DNA of 64,000 nucleotides from an uncultured Clostridia bacterium (GCA_947176265.1 CAMWQA010000002.1:321-64320); one strand, 5' to 3'. Positions 53,996-62,298 are shown, counted from the stretch's first letter. The notes: generated by a model not told the origin, from the sequence alone. Program-made: numbers and translations.

Positions 53996-54970
53996 TTAAC
54001 GCTTCATATTAGCATTTAGGTAATCCGCAACAGCTTTTGCTATATACCAAAACATTACGGGAGGAATCGCATTGCCAATTTGCCTATATGCATCACCCTC
54101 GGTTCCCTCGAATATGAAAGATTCTGGAAAAGATTGTATTCGCGCTGCCTCGCGAGGTGTAAACCTTCTATACAACTCTTTTGCTGGATCAACTAGTAGA
54201 ACAGGATCTCGTGAGTTAATGCTTGTTTTTGCAAGATGACTCGTTATCGTTAGACAAGGAGTATCCAAAGATTGCGCCAAACCACGTTTCATATTGTTTT
54301 TAGCATTTTTCATGCCTAGCACCGCTTTTTCGGAAAAATAGTACTTTGCTTCTGATATTGCAAGTGTAGGAATAGCAACAGATAGAGGCACCCAATTTTT
54401 TGCGTTTGGCTTTTGTGGAAACTGAAATGCTTGAGTCATATCTTTTCGGACACAAATCATAATCATTCTTTCCCTCTTTTGAGGAACTCCATAGTCAGCA
54501 GCATTGACTAATTGACAATATGTAAAATAACCAGCATCATCAAAAGCATTTCGAATTGTTTGTAATATTTGACCATTGTGCAAAGTCATCAAGCCTTTAA
54601 CATTTTCGGCTATACATATTTCAGGCTGTTTATCTTTTGCTATGCGGACCATCTGTTTGTATAGATTTGCTCTATCATCAAAAGGGTCTTTTGTTGGATT
54701 GACGGTGCTAAATGATTGACACGGAAAACCACCAACCAAAACATTATGTGCAGGAATTTCATTTGAAGGTGTCTCACAAATATCTTTGCAAACAACTTGT
54801 TTAGTACGAAAGTTTGCCCTTAATGTATTGATTGCTTTTTCATTTATATCAGTCGCATAAATTATATCAAACGGCAACTTATTATAAGTTTTATTATTGT
54901 AATTAAATCCTCCAATAATACCACAATCGGCGCCGCCGCAACCACAAAACAATGAAACTACTTTATACAT
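53996..54970 (-). CDS. DNA (cytosine-5)-methyltransferase (second MTase of the island)
   Basis: All core C5-MTase motifs are present: FCGCGG (I), FPCQSFS (IV), ENV (VI), QKRER (VIII), TPREAARIQSFP and GNAIPP (IX/X). GGAG RBS inside the upstream gene's last codons. Confidence 0.9.
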   Translation of the reverse strand: MYKVVSLFCGCGGADCGIIGGFNYNNKTYNKLPFDIIYATDINEKAINTLRANFRTKQVVCKDICETPSNEIPAHNVLVGGFPCQSFSTVNPTKDPFDDRANLYKQMVRIAKDKQPEICIAENVKGLMTLHNGQILQTIRNAFDDAGYFTYCQLVNAADYGVPQKRERMIMICVRKDMTQAFQFPQKPNAKNWVPLSVAIPTLAISEAKYYFSEKAVLGMKNAKNNMKRGLAQSLDTPCLTITSHLAKTSINSRDPVLLVDPAKELYRRFTPREAARIQSFPESFIFEGTEGDAYRQIGNAIPPVMFWYIAKAVADYLNANMKR

Positions 54971-54972
54971 AA

Positions 54973-56376
54973 TTACTCCAAAACCGTATCAACTGCATTA
55001 TTTGTAAAATCAACTCTATAAATAGTAGGGACTATTTGTATTATGCCTTTCTTTTCTTTTTCATAAATATTTTTTAATGTAAAGACGACAACACCATCTC
55101 TAACAAAATATACTCTATAAATAGAATAAAATTCTTTATGCTGTTGAGCAGCCACCCATTCATTTCGGGTAATATTTATTGTATCCATCCAAGTATCATC
55201 TGTAATATTAGGAGCAGTAACTCGTTTAGTAGATTTTACCTCAATATATTTTACAAATTCCGCATTTTCGCCGTTCTCTGCAATAACTGACTGAATATCA
55301 TACCCCAAACCTTTCGTTCGCCCCAATGGCAACACTTTGTTAACCAATCTCGGATTGAAATTCTCAACCCTTTTTCTCTCATACTCATATACAAATTGTT
55401 CGCCCTCATCACCAAGTTCAACTTTTGAGTCACTATTTGAATGAGCTTTCACGGTCTGTTTTTCTTCCTCTATAATTAAAGCCTCAACCTTTGTATCAAA
55501 AATAGATGCTTCGTCGCTTATTTTAGAATAGTAAAAATCCCAAGATTGATATAATTGCTCTCTCCCCTCTATACTTGTAGTATCAAATGCATACATATCA
55601 AATGCAGGTTTTGCAAGACAACATTGAGCAAACACATTTATGCAAGCCGATTCTTTTTTGTTTAGGACAACTTTTTTATCATCATTTATGTAGATTAAAT
55701 TTGATAATTCTAAATAGTTTATTTGCTCTCGAATATGTTGCATCGTATACGATGTTGCTTTATCTGCGACAACAATTTTGCGTTTAATTCCACATTCCTT
55801 ATCGATTTTTATTTGTTCTAAAACCTCTTGCGGAGTTGATTTACCTTGCAACACATCCAACGAGTTCAAGATATAATAGCCAATATCGTTAATACTTAAT
55901 TTCATATTTATTTCTTCAGCAATCATCAAACATTTAATAATAAAAGGATATGGGCGCAAAGAAATTTTTAAATCAAGATGAGGTTGTAAAGTTTGAATTT
56001 TATTCATCCCATTTGGAAATTGCATTTTATAACATACGTCTTTAAAAAAAGCTGGTTGATCATTATCACTCAAAAATTTCTTTGTCCTTTCCGAGGCATA
56101 AAATACTCCGTCAGCCGATAGATAATACATACCGAACAATTTGCCAGCAATTTCCGTTCTATGATTATCCAAAGTCTTTTTTAATACTACTGAATTTGAT
56201 TTTTTACCATGCAAGACCTTCACAAATTCTTGATTAAACCGATTTTCAAATTCTTCTTTTACACAAGGACAAATCTCATCTATAACCATTGCGTATGCCG
56301 GCAATAAATTATCCAATTCTCGCTGGGATTTTCCTCTAATAATTATACACCTGTATTGATTTGAATGATTATACAT
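54973..56376 (-). CDS. Putative restriction endonuclease (C-terminal PD-(D/E)xK, DUF3883-like domain; N-terminal 300 aa unknown)
   Basis: 467 aa sandwiched between two MTases with an 8-nt overlap and a 2-nt gap. The C-terminal segment GEQFVYEYE...GLGYDIQSV...FVKYIEVKST...NEW gives a D...ExK nuclease signature. AAGGAG RBS. Confidence 0.6.
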   Translation of the reverse strand: MYNHSNQYRCIIIRGKSQRELDNLLPAYAMVIDEICPCVKEEFENRFNQEFVKVLHGKKSNSVVLKKTLDNHRTEIAGKLFGMYYLSADGVFYASERTKKFLSDNDQPAFFKDVCYKMQFPNGMNKIQTLQPHLDLKISLRPYPFIIKCLMIAEEINMKLSINDIGYYILNSLDVLQGKSTPQEVLEQIKIDKECGIKRKIVVADKATSYTMQHIREQINYLELSNLIYINDDKKVVLNKKESACINVFAQCCLAKPAFDMYAFDTTSIEGREQLYQSWDFYYSKISDEASIFDTKVEALIIEEEKQTVKAHSNSDSKVELGDEGEQFVYEYERKRVENFNPRLVNKVLPLGRTKGLGYDIQSVIAENGENAEFVKYIEVKSTKRVTAPNITDDTWMDTINITRNEWVAAQQHKEFYSIYRVYFVRDGVVVFTLKNIYEKEKKGIIQIVPTIYRVDFTNNAVDTVLE

Positions 56377-57451
56377 AATTACTCCTTAAATAATCTAAAA
56401 TTTGTCGAGCAATTGCTTCTGCCAAAAGTGGCGGAACAGCATTCCCAACTTGTTTTAGCTGGCTCGTTTTAATTCCAAAAAATCTAAATTTATCTGGAAA
56501 AGATTGAATACGCGCCGATTCTCTTGCTGTAGGGACTCTATTCTCTTTATAGTGGAAATGATGATTATGCCCCGTATCAATTGTAAAACAAGGCTTTGTA
56601 CTATCCATTCGTGTCCACGCTATATGCACCTTACGTGTGTGCCAAAGATCTCGTGGCAAATCTAAATAATTGCCGCCATCAGGTACCATACTTATTATTT
56701 CTTTCGTTTTAGTATTATGTATCGTAGCCACATGATTCCACAATGTATCGCAGCCTTTTCGCATTTGATATTGATAATCAGTCATAGGCGGTAATTTGTA
56801 TTGAGTTTCATCAGGCAAAGCCACTTCATCTGATATAAAATCCAAATCCGAGATAGCGTCTCTACAAGTTACTTTTTCACCTTGCGTTGTTACAATAGGA
56901 AAATCAAAAAATCTTTCGCTAAACAATTGCCGATTTAACCCAACAAAAAACACTCTACGCCTATGCTGAGGTACACCATAATCATCAGCTGATAAGATTT
57001 TCCACGACACATTATATCCAATGTTCGAAAAATCTTCTAACACAGAATCTTTTATTTTACCACCTGCCATACTAATCAACCCTGGCACGTTCTCCATTAC
57101 AAATACTTTGGGCTGAATTTCTGCAACCATTTGAACAAATGACTTATAAAGAATATTGCGAGGGTCATCAATCATCCTTTTGCCAGAAATTGAAAAACCT
57201 TGACAAGGTGGACCACCGATTATAACATCAACATAAGATTTTTTAGTATTTGCAACTTCAAGCAAATCTTGAGCAGACAATTTTGTGATATCTTCATTTA
57301 TAATTGCACTTGTAGGGAAATTATATTTATATGTATTTGTCGCATCCCCCCACATATCTACGCCCAAAATTGGGGTATATCCTGCTTGTACAAACCCTTG
57401 AGTAAATCCGCCACATCCACAAAATAAATCTATAAATTTTAAATTATTCAT
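56369..57451 (-). CDS. DNA (cytosine-5)-methyltransferase (first MTase of the island)
   Basis: FCGCGG (I), PPCQGFS (IV), ENV (VI), QHRRR (VIII), TARESARIQSFPD and GNAVPP (IX/X). ATG at 57451 (MNNLKFIDLF) is preferred over the TTG at 57469 given by the ORF track. Confidence 0.9.
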   Translation of the reverse strand: MNNLKFIDLFCGCGGFTQGFVQAGYTPILGVDMWGDATNTYKYNFPTSAIINEDITKLSAQDLLEVANTKKSYVDVIIGGPPCQGFSISGKRMIDDPRNILYKSFVQMVAEIQPKVFVMENVPGLISMAGGKIKDSVLEDFSNIGYNVSWKILSADDYGVPQHRRRVFFVGLNRQLFSERFFDFPIVTTQGEKVTCRDAISDLDFISDEVALPDETQYKLPPMTDYQYQMRKGCDTLWNHVATIHNTKTKEIISMVPDGGNYLDLPRDLWHTRKVHIAWTRMDSTKPCFTIDTGHNHHFHYKENRVPTARESARIQSFPDKFRFFGIKTSQLKQVGNAVPPLLAEAIARQILDYLRSNYV

Positions 57452-57522
57452 CCTTTTAGTCCTTTTCAATTGATTCTATATTTTGTGGCTTTGTCCAATA
57501 TTCTCTAACTTATCCGAACACC

Positions 57523-57570
57523 TATCTCACTACAAATTGCACAAGAAATTGTGTATTACATAGTGAGATA
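57523..57570. promoter_or_regulatory. Nested inverted repeat upstream of the R-M operon (possible operator)
   Basis: TATCTCACTA (57523-57532) and TAGTGAGATA (57561-57570) form a perfect 10-bp inverted repeat, with an inner CACAA-GAAA-TTGTG. It lies 70-120 nt upstream of the first MTase start and overlaps a weak TTGAAA-17-CACAAT promoter on the minus strand. Confidence 0.4.
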
Positions 57571-57753
57571 TTTCAATATTCAGCAGCTAGGTTTACTTTG
57601 AAATATTTGGATAAACAATATGATTATAGCATATTCGCTTTAAATTCGCAAACACAATTCAATATTGTAAATATAATTTTCTCAACATGCATTAAACATA
57701 AGATTGAGATTAATCGTTTTTGTACATAAGAGGCAACTCCCTGCCATTAAATA

Positions 57754-57790
57754 ATACGAACCCTCGGATTGAGAGTTCGTATTTTTATTT
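57754..57790. terminator. Bidirectional terminator (ancestral tRNA-Ser / DUF1893-operon terminator)
   Basis: ATACGAACCCTC-GGATT-GAGAGTTCGTAT (12-bp stem, one mismatch), followed by TTTTATTT on the plus strand and TATTATTT on the minus strand. Confidence 0.65.
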
Positions 57791-57834
57791 ACATGAGTTT
57801 ATTTGGCATATGCGTATAACAAATTAGTAATCCG

Positions 57835-58248
57835 TCAAGTCGTTACAAGACGTAACCTATCTTTTAGCGCGTTATACGCTTTTTCGGGATCGTCGGTATT
57901 TGCAACCGCTTTTTCCATTGGGCATATATCCGTGCCGGCGCGATTGATAATGTTCTCCGCAAGCGTTTCGTACTCGTACTCCACGCCGTACGTTTCAAAA
58001 ATACTTTTTGCTTTTTGAGAAAGAGTTTTTGCAAAGACTTTTTTTATACCGCACTTGACGAAAAGTAAAGCTGCCGCCTTGCCTACGACTATATCGGCAA
58101 CGGAATATCCCGATAGGTCTGCGCCGTTTTCGATGAAGTTCATCATAGGCGCGATACCTCTCTTTTCGCTGTAAAGGCAAACGCCGTCTTTGCAAAGGCA
58201 AATAGTATGTCCCGCAAGGTTATTTTTCGCCGTCTGTAAATCAGTCAT
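57835..58248 (-). CDS. DUF1893 (TM1506-like) domain protein
   Basis: 137 aa. LAGHTICLCKDGVCLYSEKRGIAPMMNFI, ADIVVGKAAALLFV and GTDICPMEKAV match my recollection of the DUF1893 family signature. Confidence 0.7.
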   Translation of the reverse strand: MTDLQTAKNNLAGHTICLCKDGVCLYSEKRGIAPMMNFIENGADLSGYSVADIVVGKAAALLFVKCGIKKVFAKTLSQKAKSIFETYGVEYEYETLAENIINRAGTDICPMEKAVANTDDPEKAYNALKDRLRLVTT

Positions 58249-58828
58249 TTTTACCTCTGTCCAAAAGCAATTTTAAGCCCATTACGGTAAACGGAACGAT
58301 AATCGATTGCAACAATAATCCTAAAAGTCCCGTTTGGACCTGCGACCAAATAACGGCGGGAGTGAACGGCGTAACGGATTGGAATATCACTGCAAGCAGC
58401 ATAAACACGGTTCTGCCCGCTATTTGCGCCAACAATACGGCGGGAAACGCCATCCAAGCATTTGCCACAATCTTCTTAGAAAACGCGCCCGATACGCTAG
58501 CGAAGACGGCAAGCTCAACTACCATAAACGGAAGTCTTGCTAAGGCCGGCATAGGATTACCAAACGCAAGCGTAACCAAAAAACTTACGATAGGCGAAGC
58601 AATACCTATACCCAATCCCCACGTCCAGCCTAATAGGCAACCGCCTAGCAATACTGGCATATACATAGGCAGCCACTGAACGCCGCCGGCTTGACCTGCG
58701 ACAATATGTACGAGTTGCGGCAAAATTACCGCAAGCGCGACAATGCCCGCAGATATAAGACTTTTAACGGTAATCTTTACTTTGAGCGAAATATTTTTTC
58801 TTACCAAAAAGTTTTCGATCATAATCAA
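58241..58828 (-). CDS. ECF-transporter S-component-like membrane protein (substrate unknown)
   Basis: 195 aa with about 6 TM helices. LPMYMPVLLGGCLLGWTWGLGIGIASPIVSFL and the MVVELAVFA motif resemble ECF S components. 8-nt and 4-nt overlaps with its neighbours. Confidence 0.6.
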   Translation of the reverse strand: MIMIENFLVRKNISLKVKITVKSLISAGIVALAVILPQLVHIVAGQAGGVQWLPMYMPVLLGGCLLGWTWGLGIGIASPIVSFLVTLAFGNPMPALARLPFMVVELAVFASVSGAFSKKIVANAWMAFPAVLLAQIAGRTVFMLLAVIFQSVTPFTPAVIWSQVQTGLLGLLLQSIIVPFTVMGLKLLLDRGKND

Positions 58829-59931
58829 ACTCCTTTACCAAAGTATTCGGCGATTGTTTTCATTTTATTTTGTTGTTTTACTTTAAATGGGCAACGCTTA
58901 TTGCAATGACCGCACTTAACGCACGCGTCAGCTTTTACTACAAGCTTGTCGTAATGGTTGGCTGCCATCTTATCTCCTGCAAGCGACAAATCGTAGTACT
59001 TGTTTACGATACCTATATCTATCCCTGCGGGACACGGCTGACAATGATTGCAGTAAACGCAGTTACCCACCGCCGCTTCGGGCGTAAACGCTCCTATCAG
59101 CGAGTAATCCCGTTCTTCACTTTTTGACGTAGGGTATTTCAACAGTTCGTTTAAATCTTTTAGATTTCTTACGCCGGGCACGACTGCAAGTACCGCAGGT
59201 CTGTCAAGGCAATACTGAATACATTGGTTTTTGGAAAGAGCCTGTTTGAAAGGCGAAGTCTTATCCGATAAAAGTTGTCCGCCGTGAAAAGGTTTCATAA
59301 CGGATATTCCCACGCCTTCGGCTTCGCAACGCTTGAATAATTGGGCGCGTTCGTTAGTCGTGCCGATGCCGTATTCGTCGCCGCACTCCAAATCGTACGC
59401 GGGATTTATCGAAAACATCATCATATCCATAATTCCCGTATCGAGCAACTTATTGGCAACGCTCGGCGTATGGGAAGAAAAGCCGATATGTCTTACGACA
59501 CCTTCTTCCTTCAATTCTTTAACGTAATCGAATATTCCGTTGTCGATTATATCCTGGAAATCGCTCTCCTCGTCAATACAATGCAAAAAGCCGAAATCGA
59601 CGTAATCCGTGCCGAGCGCTTTCATCTCCCACTCAAAAGTGCTTTTAATGGTTTTTAAATTACGCGACCAACCGTATTCGCCGTTGCCTTTATACACCGC
59701 GCCGAAGTGCAACTGAAAATAGATTTTATCACGCTTGCCCTCTATTGCTTTTCCAAAAGGTTCAAACACCGTTTTGCCGCCGGCGCACAAGTCAAAAAAG
59801 TTTATGCCGTTCTCAATAGCTTTCTCAATGACGGCTTGAATTTCTTTTGGCGAACTTTGTTGAATACCGCCCATCCCAAGTCCAAGCGTACCTATCATTT
59901 CGTTGCCGCGCGGCAGCTTCCTATATTCCAT
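58825..59931 (-). CDS. Aldo/keto reductase-like oxidoreductase with C-terminal 2x[4Fe-4S] domain (COG1453 type)
   Basis: 368 aa. AKR-barrel N-terminus, with CVYCNHCQPCPAGIDI and CVKCGHCNKRCPF cluster motifs. Confidence 0.85.
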   Translation of the reverse strand: MEYRKLPRGNEMIGTLGLGMGGIQQSSPKEIQAVIEKAIENGINFFDLCAGGKTVFEPFGKAIEGKRDKIYFQLHFGAVYKGNGEYGWSRNLKTIKSTFEWEMKALGTDYVDFGFLHCIDEESDFQDIIDNGIFDYVKELKEEGVVRHIGFSSHTPSVANKLLDTGIMDMMMFSINPAYDLECGDEYGIGTTNERAQLFKRCEAEGVGISVMKPFHGGQLLSDKTSPFKQALSKNQCIQYCLDRPAVLAVVPGVRNLKDLNELLKYPTSKSEERDYSLIGAFTPEAAVGNCVYCNHCQPCPAGIDIGIVNKYYDLSLAGDKMAANHYDKLVVKADACVKCGHCNKRCPFKVKQQNKMKTIAEYFGKGV

Positions 59932-61040
59932 TACCTTTCAAACTCCTTTGCAACGTCTTTGAGCAAATTGCGTATCGGCAAATGTTGCGGACAAGCCTTT
60001 TCGCACTTACCGCACTTAATACAATCCGAAGCTTTACCGCCGTTCTTCGTATGTACGTTTGCGTAATAGTAATCGGCGTTCCAATCGTGATATAAGTTTT
60101 TGGTATTCATGCACGCAAACAAATCGGGAATAGATATCTTTTTGGGACAGCCGTCTGTGCAATAACGGCAAGCGGTACACGGTATCAAGTTCATACTCTT
60201 AAACACCGCGCATACCTTGTCGACGGCTTTCATTTCTCTTTCATTAAGTTGTTTAAAATCTTTCATATACGATATATTGTCGCTCATCTGCGCCATATCG
60301 CTCATTCCAGACAGTACCATAAACACGCCCTTACAACCTGCCGCAAAACGAATTGCGTAACTTGCCGTACTTGCTTGCCCGAGTTCTTCAAAATACTTCT
60401 TTGCGTCTTTTGGAAGATTGACGAGATTACCGCCCTTTACAGGCTCCATTACGATGACAGGCTTGTTATGTTTGTTGCATACTTCCAAACACTTGCGCGA
60501 CTGTACAGCAGGGTCGTCGTAATCGACGTAATTGAGTTGTATCTGCACGACTTCGATTTGCGGATATTGGGTAAGTATTTGCTCCAAGACTTCCGCTCTA
60601 TCGTGGAACGAAATGCCGAAATGTTTTATCTTACCTTCCGCTTTAAATTCAAGCGCTTGCTCGTAAGCGCGACAACGCTTAAAATGCTCGAATATCTCTT
60701 TGCTTTGAGCGTGCATAAGATAAAAGTCAAAATAATCTACTCCGCAAATTTTCAGTTGGCTTTCAAAAAACGGACGCACGTCGGATTCTTTCTTGAAATA
60801 CGGTTGCGTCAGCTTGTTCGTAAGGATATACTTATCTCTCGGATAACGAGCCACAAGACAGTCATGCAAAGCAATCTCGCTTTCCCCCTGCAAATAGCCG
60901 TGCGCAGTATCAAAATAATTAAATCCGTTTGCAATAAACGTATCTATCATCTGATTGAACTCTGCGTAATTAACTTTGCTCCCTTTCATCGGCAAACGCA
61001 TACAGCCGAAACCAAAATTCTTCCGTACTTCTTTGAACAT
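59931..61040 (-). CDS. Aldo/keto reductase-like oxidoreductase with C-terminal 2x[4Fe-4S] domain (paralogue)
   Basis: 369 aa. NYFDTAHGYLQGESE AKR motif, with CTACRYCTDGCPKKISIP and CIKCGKCEKACPQHLPI cluster motifs. 1-nt overlap with the downstream paralogue. Confidence 0.85.
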   Translation of the reverse strand: MFKEVRKNFGFGCMRLPMKGSKVNYAEFNQMIDTFIANGFNYFDTAHGYLQGESEIALHDCLVARYPRDKYILTNKLTQPYFKKESDVRPFFESQLKICGVDYFDFYLMHAQSKEIFEHFKRCRAYEQALEFKAEGKIKHFGISFHDRAEVLEQILTQYPQIEVVQIQLNYVDYDDPAVQSRKCLEVCNKHNKPVIVMEPVKGGNLVNLPKDAKKYFEELGQASTASYAIRFAAGCKGVFMVLSGMSDMAQMSDNISYMKDFKQLNEREMKAVDKVCAVFKSMNLIPCTACRYCTDGCPKKISIPDLFACMNTKNLYHDWNADYYYANVHTKNGGKASDCIKCGKCEKACPQHLPIRNLLKDVAKEFER

Positions 61041-61092
61041 ATTATTAATCTCCTTTTAATGAGTATAGCAAAAAGAATAAGCAAAATCAAGA

Positions 61093-61251
61093 TTATTTGT
61101 TATTGAAAGGCTGATGCAGCATAAACCAATATAAGGCAAAACAATAATTATCTACGTCTTCTATATCTATGACTTTTGTTTCGTCACGTTGAGTCGATAA
61201 AATAGCGATTCGCACGTCATTAATAAATTTCTGAAGATTAATTTGGTCCAT
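61093..61251 (-). CDS. Candidate small protein (52 aa, unknown)
   Basis: The ATG at 61251 is preceded by AAGGGAG. Translation: MDQINLQKFINDVRIAILSTQRDETKVIDIEDVDNYCFALYWFMLHQPFNNK*. It is the only plausible ORF in a 313-nt gap and is below the ORF-track cutoff. Confidence 0.25.
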   Translation of the reverse strand: MDQINLQKFINDVRIAILSTQRDETKVIDIEDVDNYCFALYWFMLHQPFNNK

Positions 61252-61353
61252 TAGCTCCCTTATAGATCAATGATACACTAGTAATTGTCTAATTGGCAAG
61301 TAATTTTCTATAAATTTATAGATCTTTCTATTTGAAAATAGGTTAAAAATATT

Positions 61354-62154
61354 TTATTTTTGACAAATAATCTCAATACCTTGCGCCTTTGTATGCGCCA
61401 ATTTGCAAAAGACGTAACCCTGCATATTTGCTAAACACTCTTTTGCCTTTTTATCGTCGTCAAATACGCCGACATATGCGCTACCGCTACCCGTCATAAA
61501 CACGCGGTCAGTGAACTTTTGCAAATCTGCCTTAGCAACTGCAATTTGCGGATTGAGCATAACGGCTCCGCGTTCCAATACGTTGAAAGACGCTTTGCCA
61601 CTGCCTTTCTCCCCGCCTACTTCGTCGTATTTTGCGTATATATCTTTTGTAGAACTGCCAACTGTCTTTTGAGCAATGACCATAGTCAACGGCTGCAATT
61701 CAACGGGGGTAATTATCTCTCCCACTCCCTGCACCTTAGCGCCGCCGCCAAAGAGCATATACGGCACATCGCACCCCACTTTGAGAGCAAGCGGTATAAG
61801 CTCGTCAAATGATATGCCAAACAGTTTGCTTGCGCAGAAAAATACTCCGCTTGCGTCTGCCGAAGAGCCGCCCATGCCCGCCGAGAAAGGTATTCCCTTA
61901 ACGATATCCACTTGCATAGCAATACCGAATTTATCTTGCAATAGCTTGAGCGCCTTGACTGCGGTATTATTGCCCTCGACGGCTTTGCCGTCCATGGTTA
62001 CTTGCGACTTATCGCTCTTTTGAGCGGTAACAGTGTCATATATATCCACCGAAGTCATAAGCATATCCAAGTTGTGATAGCCGTCGGCTCTCACTCCCGT
62101 GATATCTAAAGACAAATTGATTTTTGCGTTGACCCTAATGCTAACGTAATCCAT
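61354..62154 (-). CDS. ispE: 4-diphosphocytidyl-2-C-methyl-D-erythritol kinase
   Basis: 266 aa. KINLSLDITGVRADGYHNLDMLM and the GHMP-kinase motif GIPFSAGMGGSSADASG. Confidence 0.85.
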   Translation of the reverse strand: MDYVSIRVNAKINLSLDITGVRADGYHNLDMLMTSVDIYDTVTAQKSDKSQVTMDGKAVEGNNTAVKALKLLQDKFGIAMQVDIVKGIPFSAGMGGSSADASGVFFCASKLFGISFDELIPLALKVGCDVPYMLFGGGAKVQGVGEIITPVELQPLTMVIAQKTVGSSTKDIYAKYDEVGGEKGSGKASFNVLERGAVMLNPQIAVAKADLQKFTDRVFMTGSGSAYVGVFDDDKKAKECLANMQGYVFCKLAHTKAQGIEIICQK

Positions 62155-62225
62155 ATATATATTATTTTATCATTATAACAATCAAATTTCAACTTATATT
62201 TGGACCTAAGAAAACAAAATGAGTA

Positions 62226-62254
62226 TTGACACCGCTAAGACCGTATGATATACT
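62226..62254 (+). promoter_or_regulatory. sigma-A-type promoter (extended -10) of the 62299 lipoprotein gene
   Basis: TTGACA (62226-62231), 17 nt, TGaTATACT (-10 at 62249-62254). AGGGAG RBS before ATG 62299. Confidence 0.55.
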
Positions 62255-62298
62255 GTAATTACTCCTAAATATATAGTATATTAGGGAGCGGGGGAAAT

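Larger units (their letters stand above)
53897..57749. mobile_element. AT-rich restriction-modification genomic island inserted at the 3' end of tRNA-Ser (no integrase)
   Basis: CTGCCATTA (53891-53899, the tRNA 3' end) recurs at 57741-57749, each time followed by a related terminator hairpin. The interior is visibly AT-richer than the flanks and carries only the M-R-M operon. Confidence 0.55.

Noticed and set aside
53897-57790. Integrase, recombinase or transposase gene in the tRNA-linked island
   Set aside because: All six frames were checked against the ORF track and by eye. Only the three R-M genes are present, and the remaining 270 nt has no ORF longer than about 22 codons.
57803-58018. 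71-aa plus-strand ORF and minus-strand alternative-frame ORFs overlapping the DUF1893 and S-component genes
   Set aside because: They are embedded in genes with good family signatures and have no RBS. The composition matches off-frame read-through of GC-richer coding DNA.
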